From Acetobacteraceae bacterium (lineage in GTDB: Bacteria > Pseudomonadota > Alphaproteobacteria > Acetobacterales > Acetobacteraceae), in NCBI GenBank assembly GCA_027330745.1, contig DAHWDR010000257.1:1-32170 (forward strand): a stretch of DNA of 32,170 nucleotides, in the 5' to 3' direction. Below the pieces are notes generated by a model, which saw only the letters and a list, made by a program, of their open reading frames with translations, was not told the origin of the DNA and did no database searches. Below, piece by piece: positions 18,174 through 27,228 of the stretch (positions are counted from its first letter, which is position 1; each line of letters opens with the position of its first letter). Position numbers and translations under genes: made by a program.

Positions 18174-19654
18174 GCGGCGCTCCCGACCCGTTCGCGGATC
18201 ACGGCGGCGTCGTCGAACGGAAGCACCTCCGCGCCAACGATCTGCCCGCTTTCGTGGCCCTTGCCGGCTACCACCAGCACGTCGCCCGGCCCAAGCGCGT
18301 GGAGTCCGGCGACAATCGCCCGCGCCCGGTCCCCGATCTCCATTGCGCCGGGGCAGGCGGCCAGGATCGCGGCGCGGATCGCGGCGGGGTCTTCCGAACG
18401 CGGATTGTCGTCGGTCACGATCACGCGGTCCGCGCCGCGCGCCGCCACCGCGCCCATCAGCGGACGCTTGCCGCGGTCGCGGTCGCCGCCGGCGCCGAAC
18501 ACCACCACCAGCCGCCCTTTGGTATGCGGGCGCAGCGCCTCCAACGCGCGGCGCAGCGCGTCCGGGGTGTGCGCGTAATCGACATAGGCGCAAGCGCCGT
18601 TGGCAAGACGCGCGGCGCGTTCCAGCCGCCCGCGCACCGGGCGCAGCGCGGGCAGGGCGGCGAGTGCGTCGGCCTCGCCCAGCGCCTCGGCGAGCGCCGC
18701 GGCAAGCAGCGCATTCTCGGCCTGGAACCGCCCGGGAAGGGACAATGCGATGCGGCACGGCGCGGCGCCGGCGCGCGAGATCGTCAGGTCCTGCCCGTCG
18801 GCGCGCGGCGTCGCGGCGATCAGGCGCAGCGCGTGGCCGGCATCGCCGACCAGACGTAGGTCCAGCCGGCGGCGGCGGGCGATGTCGGTCAGGGCCGCCA
18901 GCGTTTCCGGATCCATATCGGCGTTGGCGACCGCCGGCGCGCCCTCGGGCAGCAGCGTGTCGAACAGGCGCAGCTTGGCGGCGCGATAGGCCGCCACCGA
19001 GCCATGGTAGTCCATATGGTCGCGCGTGAGGTTAGTGAAGCCGGCGCCGGACAATGCCACCCCGTCGAGCCGGCATTGATCGAGACCATGCGACGACGCC
19101 TCCAGCGCCGCATGGTCGATCCCGCTCCGGGCCAGTGCGGCGAGCGTGTCGGCGAGCGCCACCGGATCGGGCGTGGTCAGGCCGGCGCCGGTGGCCGGCC
19201 CGTCGCCCGTTTCCACCCCGAGCGTGCCGAGGCTTGCCGCAAGGTGGCCCGCCAGCGCCCAGATCTGGCGCAGGAACGACACCGTACTGGTCTTGCCGTT
19301 GGTGCCGGTGACGGCGGCGATCACGCGCGGCGCCGGGCCGGCGAACCGTGCCGCCAGCAGCGCCAGCAGCCGGCGCGGCGCGGGATGAGCAAGCAGCGGG
19401 CGGGCGGGCGTGCCCTCCGGCCATTCCGTGCCCTCGGGGGCCAGGATGGCGGCGGCGCCGCGCGCCACGGCCTCGGCGATGAAGGCGCGCCCGTCGGTTT
19501 GCGCGCCCACCTGGCCGACGGGGCGGGTGCCGGGCAGGGCGGCGAACAACATCCCCGGCTGCACGCGGCGGCTGTCGGCGGTCACGCCGGCCAGGTCCAG
19601 CCCGGCCAGAGCGGGCGCCTCGGCCAGACCGGCCAGGAGCTCAGCGCCGCGCAA
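18170..19654 (-). CDS. murE: UDP-N-acetylmuramoyl-L-alanyl-D-glutamate--2,6-diaminopimelate ligase
   Basis: Contains TADSRRVQPGMLFAAL.G, VTGTNGKTST, EASSHGL, DYAHTPDAL and DNPR (meso-DAP type). The TTG start at 19654 has GGAGA 6 nt upstream and overlaps the ftsI 3' end by 14 nt. Confidence 0.92.
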   Translation of the reverse strand: MRGAELLAGLAEAPALAGLDLAGVTADSRRVQPGMLFAALPGTRPVGQVGAQTDGRAFIAEAVARGAAAILAPEGTEWPEGTPARPLLAHPAPRRLLALLAARFAGPAPRVIAAVTGTNGKTSTVSFLRQIWALAGHLAASLGTLGVETGDGPATGAGLTTPDPVALADTLAALARSGIDHAALEASSHGLDQCRLDGVALSGAGFTNLTRDHMDYHGSVAAYRAAKLRLFDTLLPEGAPAVANADMDPETLAALTDIARRRRLDLRLVGDAGHALRLIAATPRADGQDLTISRAGAAPCRIALSLPGRFQAENALLAAALAEALGEADALAALPALRPVRGRLERAARLANGACAYVDYAHTPDALRRALEALRPHTKGRLVVVFGAGGDRDRGKRPLMGAVAARGADRVIVTDDNPRSEDPAAIRAAILAACPGAMEIGDRARAIVAGLHALGPGDVLVVAGKGHESGQIVGAEVLPFDDAAVIRERVGSAA

Positions 19655-21803
19655 GCGTGGTCTCCGTGGCGGCCGGAATCACCCGCGCCGGTGGCCTGCC
19701 GGGCCAGGCGGCCGGAATCGCCCCCACTGGCGGCGGTGGCGCCGCCGGCGGCAGCGGCAGCACCGGCGGCATCACGTCCGACGGCGTACCGGGCGGGACG
19801 GTGGCCGGGATTCCTTCTTTCCAGCCCGCATACGCCGCGATGCCGCCGGGAACGCGATCTAGCAGCGGGCCTCCGGGAGGGATCGGTGGCGCGAGCGGCA
19901 GGGCCAGCGCCTGTTGCAGCGCGGGCAGATCTTCCGGCGCCGCCGGCAGCAGGCCCAGCATCGGCGCAATCCGCGCGATCGTGTGCTGGATCACCGGCCC
20001 GGCGATGAACCCACCGGTGGAGAATCCATAGGTGCTCTTGTTGCCCTTCGGGCTGTCGAGCATCGCATAGATGATATATTTCGGATCGGTCATCGGAAAC
20101 GCGGCGATCATCGACGCCAGGTTGGTGTGCTGGCGATAGCCGCCTTTGCCGATCTTCTGCGAGGTCCCGGTTTTCGCCCCCACCAGATATCCCGGCACGC
20201 GCGCCGGCGCGCCGGTGCCGAACAACAACACGTCGCGCATCAGCTTGCGGATCATCAACGAGACCGCGTGTCGGATGACCCGATGTCCCGGCGGTATCGT
20301 CCCGGTCGGCAGCGCCCGCAACGTGGGTTTGTGATACACGCCGCCATCCAGCAACGAGGCGGTGCCGGTGATCAGCTGGATCGGCGTGACCGCGATGCCG
20401 TTGCCGAACGAGACCGTCATCACCGAGGCTTTGCCCCAGGCGCGCTTCGGCTGCACCTGCGGACGCGCGCTTTCCGCCAACTGGATCGGCGCGGCGGCGA
20501 ACATGCCGTTGGCGCGCAGGAACGCGCGCTGGCGGGCGCGACCGACCAACAGGGCGATATGCGAGGCGCCGATATTGGACGATTGCGCGATGATCTCGGG
20601 CAGCGCGTAGTCGTAGCGGGCGGGTTCGAAATCGGTGATGGTGAAGCGGCCGATATGGATCGGGTGGACGGTGTCGAAGCGGTCCCAGATATGGATCACG
20701 CCATCGTTCAGCGCCATGGCCGCGGTCTGCAATTTGAACGTGCTGCCGGGCTCGTAGGTGCCGGAGGCGGCGCGGTTGAAGCGCGCCAGGGGCGGCGCGG
20801 AACCAAGATCGTTGGCGTCGTAATCCGGCAGGCTGACCATCGCCAATACCTCGCCGGTATCGACCTTCATCACGATCCCGGTGGCGCCGATTGCCTGGAA
20901 CTCGGTCATCGCCTGCTGGAGTTCCTCGGTCAGCACCGCCTGGACGCGGACGTCGATCGACAAGGCCAGCGGCTTGGGGTCGGTCATCAGGCGGTGGTCG
21001 AAGGCCTTCTCGACGCCGGCGATGCCGTGATCGTCCACATTGATCCCGCCCAGCACCTGCGCGGCCAGATGCCCCATCGGGTAGCGGCGGATCTCGGTGG
21101 GCAGGAACTCAACCCCGGGGATGCCGAGGCCGATGATCTGTTCCTCCTGCAACGGCGTCACGCGGAACGCCAGATACACGAACTGCTTGTCGGTCTCGGC
21201 AAGCCGCCGCGTGGCCATCGCCAGATCGAGATCCGGTAGCGCGGTCTTGAGCTGCGCGGCGACCTTCGCCGGATCGATGATCTCGCGCGGATCGGCATAC
21301 AGCGACGCGGCCGGCAGCGAGATCGCCAGAATCTGTCCGTGCCGGTCGGTGATCATCGCCCGGCGCACCAGCGGTGCGGCGGCGAGCGTGGCGGGGTGTT
21401 CCAGCAGCGCCGCCACCGGATGCGGTGCTTTGGGGGGCAACTGCGGGCGGATCACGGTCACCCAGGACAGCCGGCCGACCACCGCGGCAAACAGCAGCGC
21501 GAACACCGCGGTGCTGAACCCCAGACGGCGGCGCGACCGGGCCTCGGCGGCGCGGCGGCGCAGGTCGGGCGCGGTGACACGAACCGTCTCGGTGCGCGGC
21601 ACGGCGTCCAGACGCGCCGCACCTGGGCGCGTGCGCGGCACCTCACGCGGGGCCGAGGTCGCGGGCGGGGCCGAATCGGGCTCGGCTTGTGCCGGCTGCG
21701 GCGGTTCGGATGGCGGGCCGAAGGCGCGTGGCGGGGGCGGAGCGCCGAGGCGGTCCTGCCAGAGCGGATTGCGGTTGTCCTGCGGGCGGCGTGGCGGGGT
21801 CAT
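19641..21803 (-). CDS. ftsI: peptidoglycan D,D-transpeptidase FtsI (class B PBP3) with Pro-rich terminal extensions
   Basis: One transmembrane segment (FSTAVFALLFAAVVG), a PBP dimerisation region, and the transpeptidase motifs STFK, SSN and KTGT. The ATG at 21803 has GGGGA 7 nt upstream. Confidence 0.93.
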   Translation of the reverse strand: MTPPRRPQDNRNPLWQDRLGAPPPPRAFGPPSEPPQPAQAEPDSAPPATSAPREVPRTRPGAARLDAVPRTETVRVTAPDLRRRAAEARSRRRLGFSTAVFALLFAAVVGRLSWVTVIRPQLPPKAPHPVAALLEHPATLAAAPLVRRAMITDRHGQILAISLPAASLYADPREIIDPAKVAAQLKTALPDLDLAMATRRLAETDKQFVYLAFRVTPLQEEQIIGLGIPGVEFLPTEIRRYPMGHLAAQVLGGINVDDHGIAGVEKAFDHRLMTDPKPLALSIDVRVQAVLTEELQQAMTEFQAIGATGIVMKVDTGEVLAMVSLPDYDANDLGSAPPLARFNRAASGTYEPGSTFKLQTAAMALNDGVIHIWDRFDTVHPIHIGRFTITDFEPARYDYALPEIIAQSSNIGASHIALLVGRARQRAFLRANGMFAAAPIQLAESARPQVQPKRAWGKASVMTVSFGNGIAVTPIQLITGTASLLDGGVYHKPTLRALPTGTIPPGHRVIRHAVSLMIRKLMRDVLLFGTGAPARVPGYLVGAKTGTSQKIGKGGYRQHTNLASMIAAFPMTDPKYIIYAMLDSPKGNKSTYGFSTGGFIAGPVIQHTIARIAPMLGLLPAAPEDLPALQQALALPLAPPIPPGGPLLDRVPGGIAAYAGWKEGIPATVPPGTPSDVMPPVLPLPPAAPPPPVGAIPAAWPGRPPARVIPAATETTLARR

Positions 21804-21807
21804 GGCG

Positions 21808-22704
21808 CTAGTCCCCGTTGCCGGCCTGATACGGAAGCGGTGCGGGCGGCGCCGGCCCCGCGCCGGCCCCGCGCGCCATACCGAGCATGGAGACCCCGCC
21901 GACCGGGCGCGGCGGCGCGCGATAGACGGGCGCGCGATAGGCGGGCGCGCGGTACACGGGCGGGCGATAGCCGGCGGGGACGAGCCGCGGTGTATAGGGG
22001 CGCGGGGCCGGCACGAATTGACGCGCCATCAGATGGGGTGCGGGGCGTGGCGGCGCGGGATGCAGGATCGCGGCGCGCCCTGCTGGCGAGGCGGTAGCCG
22101 GCGCGCGCGTGAGGCGCACCGGAGCGCCGGCAACGATCCCCCGGCCGGCAAAGATCGGGCTGGCGGCGACCGGTACCGGGGGGTGCGCGCGCGCGACCTG
22201 GGTCGGTGCCGGCGCCAGGGCGGCTGCACCGACCGACGCGGCCGCAGACGCCGGCGGCGACCCGGCAGGCGAGGACGCCGCGACCGCGGTCGGCGTCGCT
22301 CCGCCGCGGCCGGCGTCGGGGCCCGTGCCGGGGACCGACCCAGGGGCCGACCCGGGACCCGGTACGGTGCCGACCGCGGCGACCGCGCCGGCATCGTTGG
22401 TCTGGTCGGGCGTGGTCCGCGTTGCCGGCAGGCGCGCGGTCAGGGTGGCGAAGGTTGCGAACTGGCTCGGCGCCGTGGGTTGCAAGGTCAGGTATTGATC
22501 GGCCAGGCGCTTCAGCCGGTCCGGCGCGCTCTGCACCGCCCAGTCGGCTTGCAGCAGCCGGATATGCTCGCGCACCGTCCGGGATTGCTTGACCGTGCGC
22601 TCGATCCGCGCGTCCAGCAGGCTGCCCTGGTGCTTGGCGTAGAACACGTAGAACCCGGCGAACAGGGTCAGCAGCGCCGATAGCAGGGTGATCGGGCGGA
22701 TCAT
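21808..22704 (-). CDS. ftsL: FtsL-like cell division protein (N-terminal transmembrane segment plus coiled coil) with a Pro/Ala-rich tail of about 215 aa
   Basis: It lies between rsmH and ftsI. The N-terminus [26 protein letters not shown]...[21 protein letters not shown] looks like alphaproteobacterial FtsL. The ATG overlaps the rsmH stop (ATGA), and the stop is 4 nt before the ftsI ATG. The overlapping ORF 21800..22711 in another frame is rejected. Confidence 0.7.
   Translation of the reverse strand: MIRPITLLSALLTLFAGFYVFYAKHQGSLLDARIERTVKQSRTVREHIRLLQADWAVQSAPDRLKRLADQYLTLQPTAPSQFATFATLTARLPATRTTPDQTNDAGAVAAVGTVPGPGSAPGSVPGTGPDAGRGGATPTAVAASSPAGSPPASAAASVGAAALAPAPTQVARAHPPVPVAASPIFAGRGIVAGAPVRLTRAPATASPAGRAAILHPAPPRPAPHLMARQFVPAPRPYTPRLVPAGYRPPVYRAPAYRAPVYRAPPRPVGGVSMLGMARGAGAGPAPPAPLPYQAGNGD
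21914..21973. repeat. 4 x 15-nt tandem repeat inside the ftsL tail
   Basis: The units are GGCGCGCGATAGACG, GGCGCGCGATAGGCG, GGCGCGCGGTACACG and GGCGGGCGATAGCCG. On the minus strand they encode [20 protein letters not shown]. Confidence 0.85.
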
Positions 22705-23645
22705 GCCGCAAGCCGCTCCAGCGCGCGCAGCCGGGCGCTACGGGCGCGCGGGTTGCGCCCGCTTTCCGCCGCCGAAGGGCGCAGCGCGCGCGAGGTCAAC
22801 AGCTGAAACCGCGGTGCTGCCGGGTGACGTATGTCGTGACCCAGACCGCGCGGGTCATGCCGCGACGGACCGGGCGCGCGCCCGGCGGCAGCGGCCATGA
22901 AGCGCTTCACCGGGCGGTCCTCCAGCGAATGGAACGCCACCACCACCAGCCGTCCGCCCGGGGCGAGCAGCCCGGCCGCCTGGTCCAGCGCGCGGTCCAG
23001 CTCGCCCAGCTCGTCGTTCACGCGAATCCGCAGCGCCTGAAAACTGCGCGTGGCCGGATCGATCCCGCTCGGGTCCGATGGCATGACGGAGCGGACGATC
23101 CCCGCCAGCCGCGCGGTGGTGACGATCGGCGCCTCGGCGCGCGCGGCGACGATCGCGCGGGCGATCCGGCGGGAGGCACGCTCCTCGCCGAATTCATACA
23201 GCAGGTCGGCCAGCGCGCGTTCGTCCAGACGGTTCACCAGATCCGCCGCCGTGGGGCCGGCGCGGTCCATCCGCATGTCGAGCGGTCCGTCGCCACGGAA
23301 CGAAAATCCGCGCGTCGCATCGTCCAGCTGGAACGAGGACACGCCGAGATCGAACACCGCTCCATCCAGCGCCGTCACCCCGGCTTCGGTCAGCAGCGCG
23401 AGCAGATCGCCGAACCGGCCGTGCAGCAGCCGCAGCCGCTGCCCGTGGCGGGCGAGCAAGGTGGCGCCGCGCGCGATCGCGTCCGGATCGCGGTCCAGCG
23501 CGATGACGCTGCACGGCGCGGCGTCCAGGATCGCGCCGGTATAACCGCCGCCGCCAAAGGTCGCGTCCAGATAGACGCCGCCATCGCGGGGCGCGAGGGC
23601 GGCCAGCATCTCGGCCTGCATCACCGGAACGTGACCGCCGGTCAT
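22701..23645 (-). CDS. rsmH: 16S rRNA (cytosine1402-N4)-methyltransferase
   Basis: Contains [36 protein letters not shown] and F.SLEDR.VK. The ATG at 23645 overlaps the mraZ stop (ATGA). Confidence 0.95.
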   Translation of the reverse strand: MTGGHVPVMQAEMLAALAPRDGGVYLDATFGGGGYTGAILDAAPCSVIALDRDPDAIARGATLLARHGQRLRLLHGRFGDLLALLTEAGVTALDGAVFDLGVSSFQLDDATRGFSFRGDGPLDMRMDRAGPTAADLVNRLDERALADLLYEFGEERASRRIARAIVAARAEAPIVTTARLAGIVRSVMPSDPSGIDPATRSFQALRIRVNDELGELDRALDQAAGLLAPGGRLVVVAFHSLEDRPVKRFMAAAAGRAPGPSRHDPRGLGHDIRHPAAPRFQLLTSRALRPSAAESGRNPRARSARLRALERLAA

Positions 23646-24142
23646 GGCGCAGCCATGCGCGGGGAGGGATCGAAATCGGCCAGCATCAAGGTCAGACCCT
23701 GAGTGGCGGCGTAGTCGCGCGCGCGCGCCTGCTCGGCGGCCCAGGCATCGGGCTGCCACAGGCGGAAATGCCGCCCGAAACCGACGAACTGGACGGTCCC
23801 GGCGATGTTGGCATGGGAAGCCATGGATTCGGGCAGCACGATCCGGCCCTCGCGGTCGGTCTCGGCCGCGGTCACTTCGGCGAAAATCGCGGCGGCCATG
23901 GCGTCGTAGGCGGGGCTGAACAGGGGGATGCGATCGAGTTGCGCGCCGAGATGGGCGAACACCGCTTCCGGCCATGCCTCGATGCAGGGGAGCTGATGGG
24001 ATTTCCGCAGCACCATGCGGCAGAGCGCGTCCTCGTCCGCCGCGCCGGCATAGCGGCGGAGCACGGCGCGGAACGACGCGGGGACGGACACGCGGCCCTT
24101 GCCGTCCAGCTTGTTCTGATGGCTGCCCATGAAAGGGGACAT
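23642..24142 (-). CDS. mraZ: transcriptional regulator MraZ
   Basis: [25 protein letters not shown] plus a second ...[10 protein letters not shown]... repeat, giving two SpoVT/AbrB-like halves. It is the first gene of the cluster. The ATG at 24142 is preferred over the TTG at 24199 (ORF-track start) and the ATG at 24130. Confidence 0.9.
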   Translation of the reverse strand: MSPFMGSHQNKLDGKGRVSVPASFRAVLRRYAGAADEDALCRMVLRKSHQLPCIEAWPEAVFAHLGAQLDRIPLFSPAYDAMAAAIFAEVTAAETDREGRIVLPESMASHANIAGTVQFVGFGRHFRLWQPDAWAAEQARARDYAATQGLTLMLADFDPSPRMAAP

Positions 24143-24189
24143 CCGCCTGGCCGGACCCTCGCGCTGGCTCCGGCCCGCCGCGCCATAGG

Positions 24190-24278
24190 GGTGGGACAAA
24201 GCTGGGTGTTCCGCCCGTCATTGGGCATCCATGGGATAGCATGGGAAATCGTGGTCCGTCAAACGGTATCATGGGTGA
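24190..24278. promoter_or_regulatory. array of TGGG(N) direct repeats with 10-bp phasing (candidate MraZ operator)
   Basis: The T of each TGGG falls at 24192, 24203, 24222, 24232, 24242, 24252 (a TGGT variant) and 24272. The core is three consecutive 10-bp units: cATTGGGCAtc cATGGGAtag cATGGGAaat. The array lies 50-135 nt upstream of the mraZ ATG. The repeats read TGGG on the + strand, which is antisense to mraZ. Confidence 0.45.
24235..24263 (-). promoter_or_regulatory. candidate sigma70-type promoter for mraZ/dcw
   Basis: The minus strand reads TTGACGG-N15-GCTATCCC. The -35 box is at 24262..24257 and the -10-like GCTATC at 24240..24235. As I recall it, this resembles the alphaproteobacterial TTGACGS / GCTANAWC consensus. 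It overlaps the TGGG repeat array. This is a weak match found by eye only. Confidence 0.25.
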
Positions 24279-24792
24279 TTTTCGCACGATTCCTTTGAAT
24301 TCCGCCGCCTATTCCCCCGGCGGTTCCCCCCCTCTCTGGCGCCAGGCGGCACACTCAAGCGTGTAGGACGGTGCGCCGTGACCGGGTCAAGGGGTGTGAG
24401 CGGGCAGGATTCCCCGGCCACCCGGTGGTCCCGATCGCCGCTGGTTCCGTTTTTGGCGTTTCCCGGGTGGCCGCGATTCGGGGCCGGATGGGACGTCCCT
24501 GGATTCCGAGATCGGATGCAGCCGGGACGAAGCCGCTGGTTGCACCGCATAACCGAAATGGGTCCCCGGCCCGAGGCAACGGCGAGCGTATCCCAGGGCC
24601 GCCCGCTTGGGTGGCCGGCCGTTCAGCCGGGGTTGCTGCGGGAACGCCGAGCGCCGATCAGCCCGCCGGTCTGAAACTCAGGCTATCACCCTGATCGGAA
24701 TGGGCCAACGGCGAACCGCGGCTGGCTTGGGCGGGAATGGTGACTGCTTGCCCGCCCTTGCTCCGCCCCGCCCGGCAGGGCACAAAGCCCGT

Positions 24793-25782
24793 GTGCCTGC
24801 GGGACCCTTGCGCATTGGCGTCATCGGCGCCGGTCATTTCGGTCGCTTCCACGCGCTGAAACTGGCCGCGACGCCGCGCGCGCACCTGTCCGGTATTCAC
24901 GACGCCGATCCCGAACGCGCCCAGGCGGTGGCGTGGGAGACGGGCAGCGCGGTCCGATCGCTGCCCGAATTGCTGGCGCAGTCCGACGCCGTGGTGATCG
25001 CCGCGCCGGCCGGCGCGCATCACGCCCTGGCCTCGGCCGCGCTGGAAGCCGGACGGCATGTGCTGGTGGAGAAGCCCATCGCCGCGACCCTGGCCGAAGC
25101 CGACGCGCTGGCGGGGCTGGCCGCGGCGCGCGGCCTGGTGCTGCAGGTCGGGCATCTGGAACGCTTCTCCGCCGCCCATGCCGCGCTGACCGGGCACATG
25201 GGCCGCGCGCTGTATATCGAGGCGACGCGGATCGCGCCGTTCAAGCCGCGCGGCACCGATGTGTCGGTGATCCTGGATCTGATGATCCACGACCTGGACC
25301 TGATCCTGACCTTGACCGACAGCCCGATCGAATCGGTCGATGCGGTCGGCGCCGCGGTGGCCTCGGCGCACGAAGACATCGCCAGCGCGCGCATCCGTTT
25401 CATCTCCGGTGCGGTTGCGACCATCACCGCGAGCCGCGTGTCGGCGCGCACTGAGCGGCGGATGCGGATCTTCAATGCCGACGGCTATGTGGCGATCGAT
25501 TTCGCCAATCGCCGCATGACCGTGATCCGCCGCGGCGCCGGCCAGGCGCCAGGCTTCGTGCCGTTGAGCTTTGTGGAAGGCTTCGGGATGCAGGACGTAT
25601 CGTGGCAGGACCACGACGCGCTGGAAGCCGAGCACGCCGCCTTCATCGCCGCCATCACCGATGGCGGGCCGGTGCTGGTGGACGCCGCAGCTGGGCGCCG
25701 GGCGCTGGCCGCGGCGCTGGCGGTGGGCGAATCCATGGCCGCGGCGCGGGCGCGAATGCAGGCCTCGGGACTGATCCCGTAG
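24793..25782 (+). CDS. Gfo/Idh/MocA-family NAD(P)-dependent oxidoreductase
   Basis: Contains LRIGVIGAGHFGRFH (Rossmann fold), ...HVLVEKP... and a C-terminal alpha/beta domain. The start is ambiguous among GTG 24793, TTG 24808 and ATG 24700. The ORF-track start at 24607 lies in sequence with non-coding-like GC3. Confidence 0.85.
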   Translation: MPAGPLRIGVIGAGHFGRFHALKLAATPRAHLSGIHDADPERAQAVAWETGSAVRSLPELLAQSDAVVIAAPAGAHHALASAALEAGRHVLVEKPIAATLAEADALAGLAAARGLVLQVGHLERFSAAHAALTGHMGRALYIEATRIAPFKPRGTDVSVILDLMIHDLDLILTLTDSPIESVDAVGAAVASAHEDIASARIRFISGAVATITASRVSARTERRMRIFNADGYVAIDFANRRMTVIRRGAGQAPGFVPLSFVEGFGMQDVSWQDHDALEAEHAAFIAAITDGGPVLVDAAAGRRALAAALAVGESMAAARARMQASGLIP

Positions 25783-25786
25783 GCGG

Positions 25787-26491
25787 CTAAAAGGACAACA
25801 GCCGGTCCAGCAGGGCGTGATCCGCACGCAGTTCAGCGGCCGGCCCGGTATGGCGCACCGCGCCTTTCTCCAGCACATAGACCCGGTCGGCCAGCGCCAG
25901 CGAAAACGCCACGCCTTGTTCGGCGAGCAGGATGGTCATGCCCTGGGATTTCAGCTCGGCGATCTTCTCGCGCAGCAGATCGACGATCAGTGGCGCCAGC
26001 CCCTCGGACGGCTCGTCCAGCAGCAGCAATTCCGGGTTGCCCACCAGGGCGCGGGCGATGGTCAGCATCTGCTGCTCCCCGCCCGAGAGGAACCCGCCGC
26101 GCTGGTCGCGCCGCTCGGCCAGGATCGGGAACAGCTCGCAGACCCGTGGGATGGTCCAGGCGCCGGGACGGCGCGCGGCGCGGGCGGCGACATCCAGATT
26201 CTCCCACACCGAGAGTTCGGCGAAGATGCGCCGGTCCTCCGGCACGAAGCCCATGCCGGCACGCGCCATCCGGTGCGGGGCCGCGCCGGTCATGTCCCGC
26301 CCGTGCCAGATCACGCGCCCGGACCGCGGCGGGGTGATGCCCATGATCGAACGCAGGGTGGTGCTTTTTCCCACCCCGTTGCGGCCCAGCAGGCAGACGC
26401 ACTCGCCCGCCGCCACTTCCAGCGAGATGCCGAACAGCACCCGGCTGAGGCCGTAGGCGGTGTGGATATCCTCGACCGACAGCAGCGCCAT
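25787..26491 (-). CDS. livF: ABC transporter ATP-binding protein, LivF-like
   Basis: Contains Walker A GRNGVGKST, signature LSGGEQQML and Walker B LLLLDEPS. It is the last gene of the liv-type operon. Confidence 0.9.
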   Translation of the reverse strand: MALLSVEDIHTAYGLSRVLFGISLEVAAGECVCLLGRNGVGKSTTLRSIMGITPPRSGRVIWHGRDMTGAAPHRMARAGMGFVPEDRRIFAELSVWENLDVAARAARRPGAWTIPRVCELFPILAERRDQRGGFLSGGEQQMLTIARALVGNPELLLLDEPSEGLAPLIVDLLREKIAELKSQGMTILLAEQGVAFSLALADRVYVLEKGAVRHTGPAAELRADHALLDRLLSF

Positions 26492-27228
26492 CAGGCGTGT
26501 TCCCCCAGATAGACGCGGCGCACATCGGCGTTGGCGCGCACTTCCTCGGGCGTGCCCTCGGCCAGCTTGCGGCCCTGGTACAGCACCGCGATCTTGTGGG
26601 CGATGCGGAACACCACGTCCATGTCGTGTTCGGTGAACAGCAGCGTCAGGCCGCGTTCCCCGGCGATGCGTTCCAGCAGCGCGATGGTTTCGTGTGTTTC
26701 GTTGGCCGACATCCCGGCGGTGGGTTCGTCGAGCAGCAGCACACGCGGATCCGAAGCAAGCGCGATGCCGAGTTCGAGCTGCTTCTGGTTGCCATAGGCG
26801 AGCACGCCGGCGACCGTGCCGGCCTGCGGCGCGAGCCCGATCGAAGCCAACAGCGCCATCGTCTCGTCGCGGAACATGGCCTCGGCGCGGGAGAAGAAGT
26901 CGCGTCCCTTGCCGCGATGGGCCAGCAGTGCGGCCTGCACGTTCTGGAACACCGTCAGGCGCGGGAAGATGTTGGTCAACTGGAACGAGCGTCCCATCCC
27001 GAGCGCGCAGATGCGGTGCGGGGCAATGCCGGTGACATCGCGCCCGTCCAGCATCACCCGCCCGCCATCGGGGCGGATATGGCCGGTGATGAGGTTGAAG
27101 AAGGTGGATTTGCCGGCCCCGTTCGGCCCGATCACGGCGACGATCTGGCGCGCCGCCACCGTCAGGCTGACTTCGTTGACCGCCACGAATCCAGCGAAGG
27201 TCTTGCGCAGTCCGGTGATTTCAAGCAT
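26491..27228 (-). CDS. livG: ABC transporter ATP-binding protein, LivG-like
   Basis: Contains Walker A GPNGAGKST, a Q-loop and Walker B LLLDEPTAGM. Its stop overlaps the livF ATG by 1 nt. Confidence 0.9.
   Translation of the reverse strand: MLEITGLRKTFAGFVAVNEVSLTVAARQIVAVIGPNGAGKSTFFNLITGHIRPDGGRVMLDGRDVTGIAPHRICALGMGRSFQLTNIFPRLTVFQNVQAALLAHRGKGRDFFSRAEAMFRDETMALLASIGLAPQAGTVAGVLAYGNQKQLELGIALASDPRVLLLDEPTAGMSANETHETIALLERIAGERGLTLLFTEHDMDVVFRIAHKIAVLYQGRKLAEGTPEEVRANADVRRVYLGEHA

Noticed and set aside
24293-24792. A known structured RNA (RNase P RNA, SRP RNA, 6S, or a cobalamin/TPP/SAM-II riboswitch) or a small protein gene (ORFs 24371..24694, 24378..24674, 24269..24550, 24355..24579).
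   Set aside because: I found none of the hallmark strings, such as GAGGAAAGUCCGGGC for RNase P, GGUCCGGAAGGAAGCAGCC for SRP, or a B12 box, on either strand. The small ORFs have GC3 close to the local background rather than the high GC3 of real genes. The region is kept only as an unexplained structured non-coding region.
25780-25789. Convergent stop codons of the oxidoreductase gene and livF only 4 nt apart, with no terminator.
   Set aside because: This is a real observation, but such tight convergent ends are common in compact GC-rich genomes. No hairpin can be placed there, and there is nothing further to test from the sequence alone.
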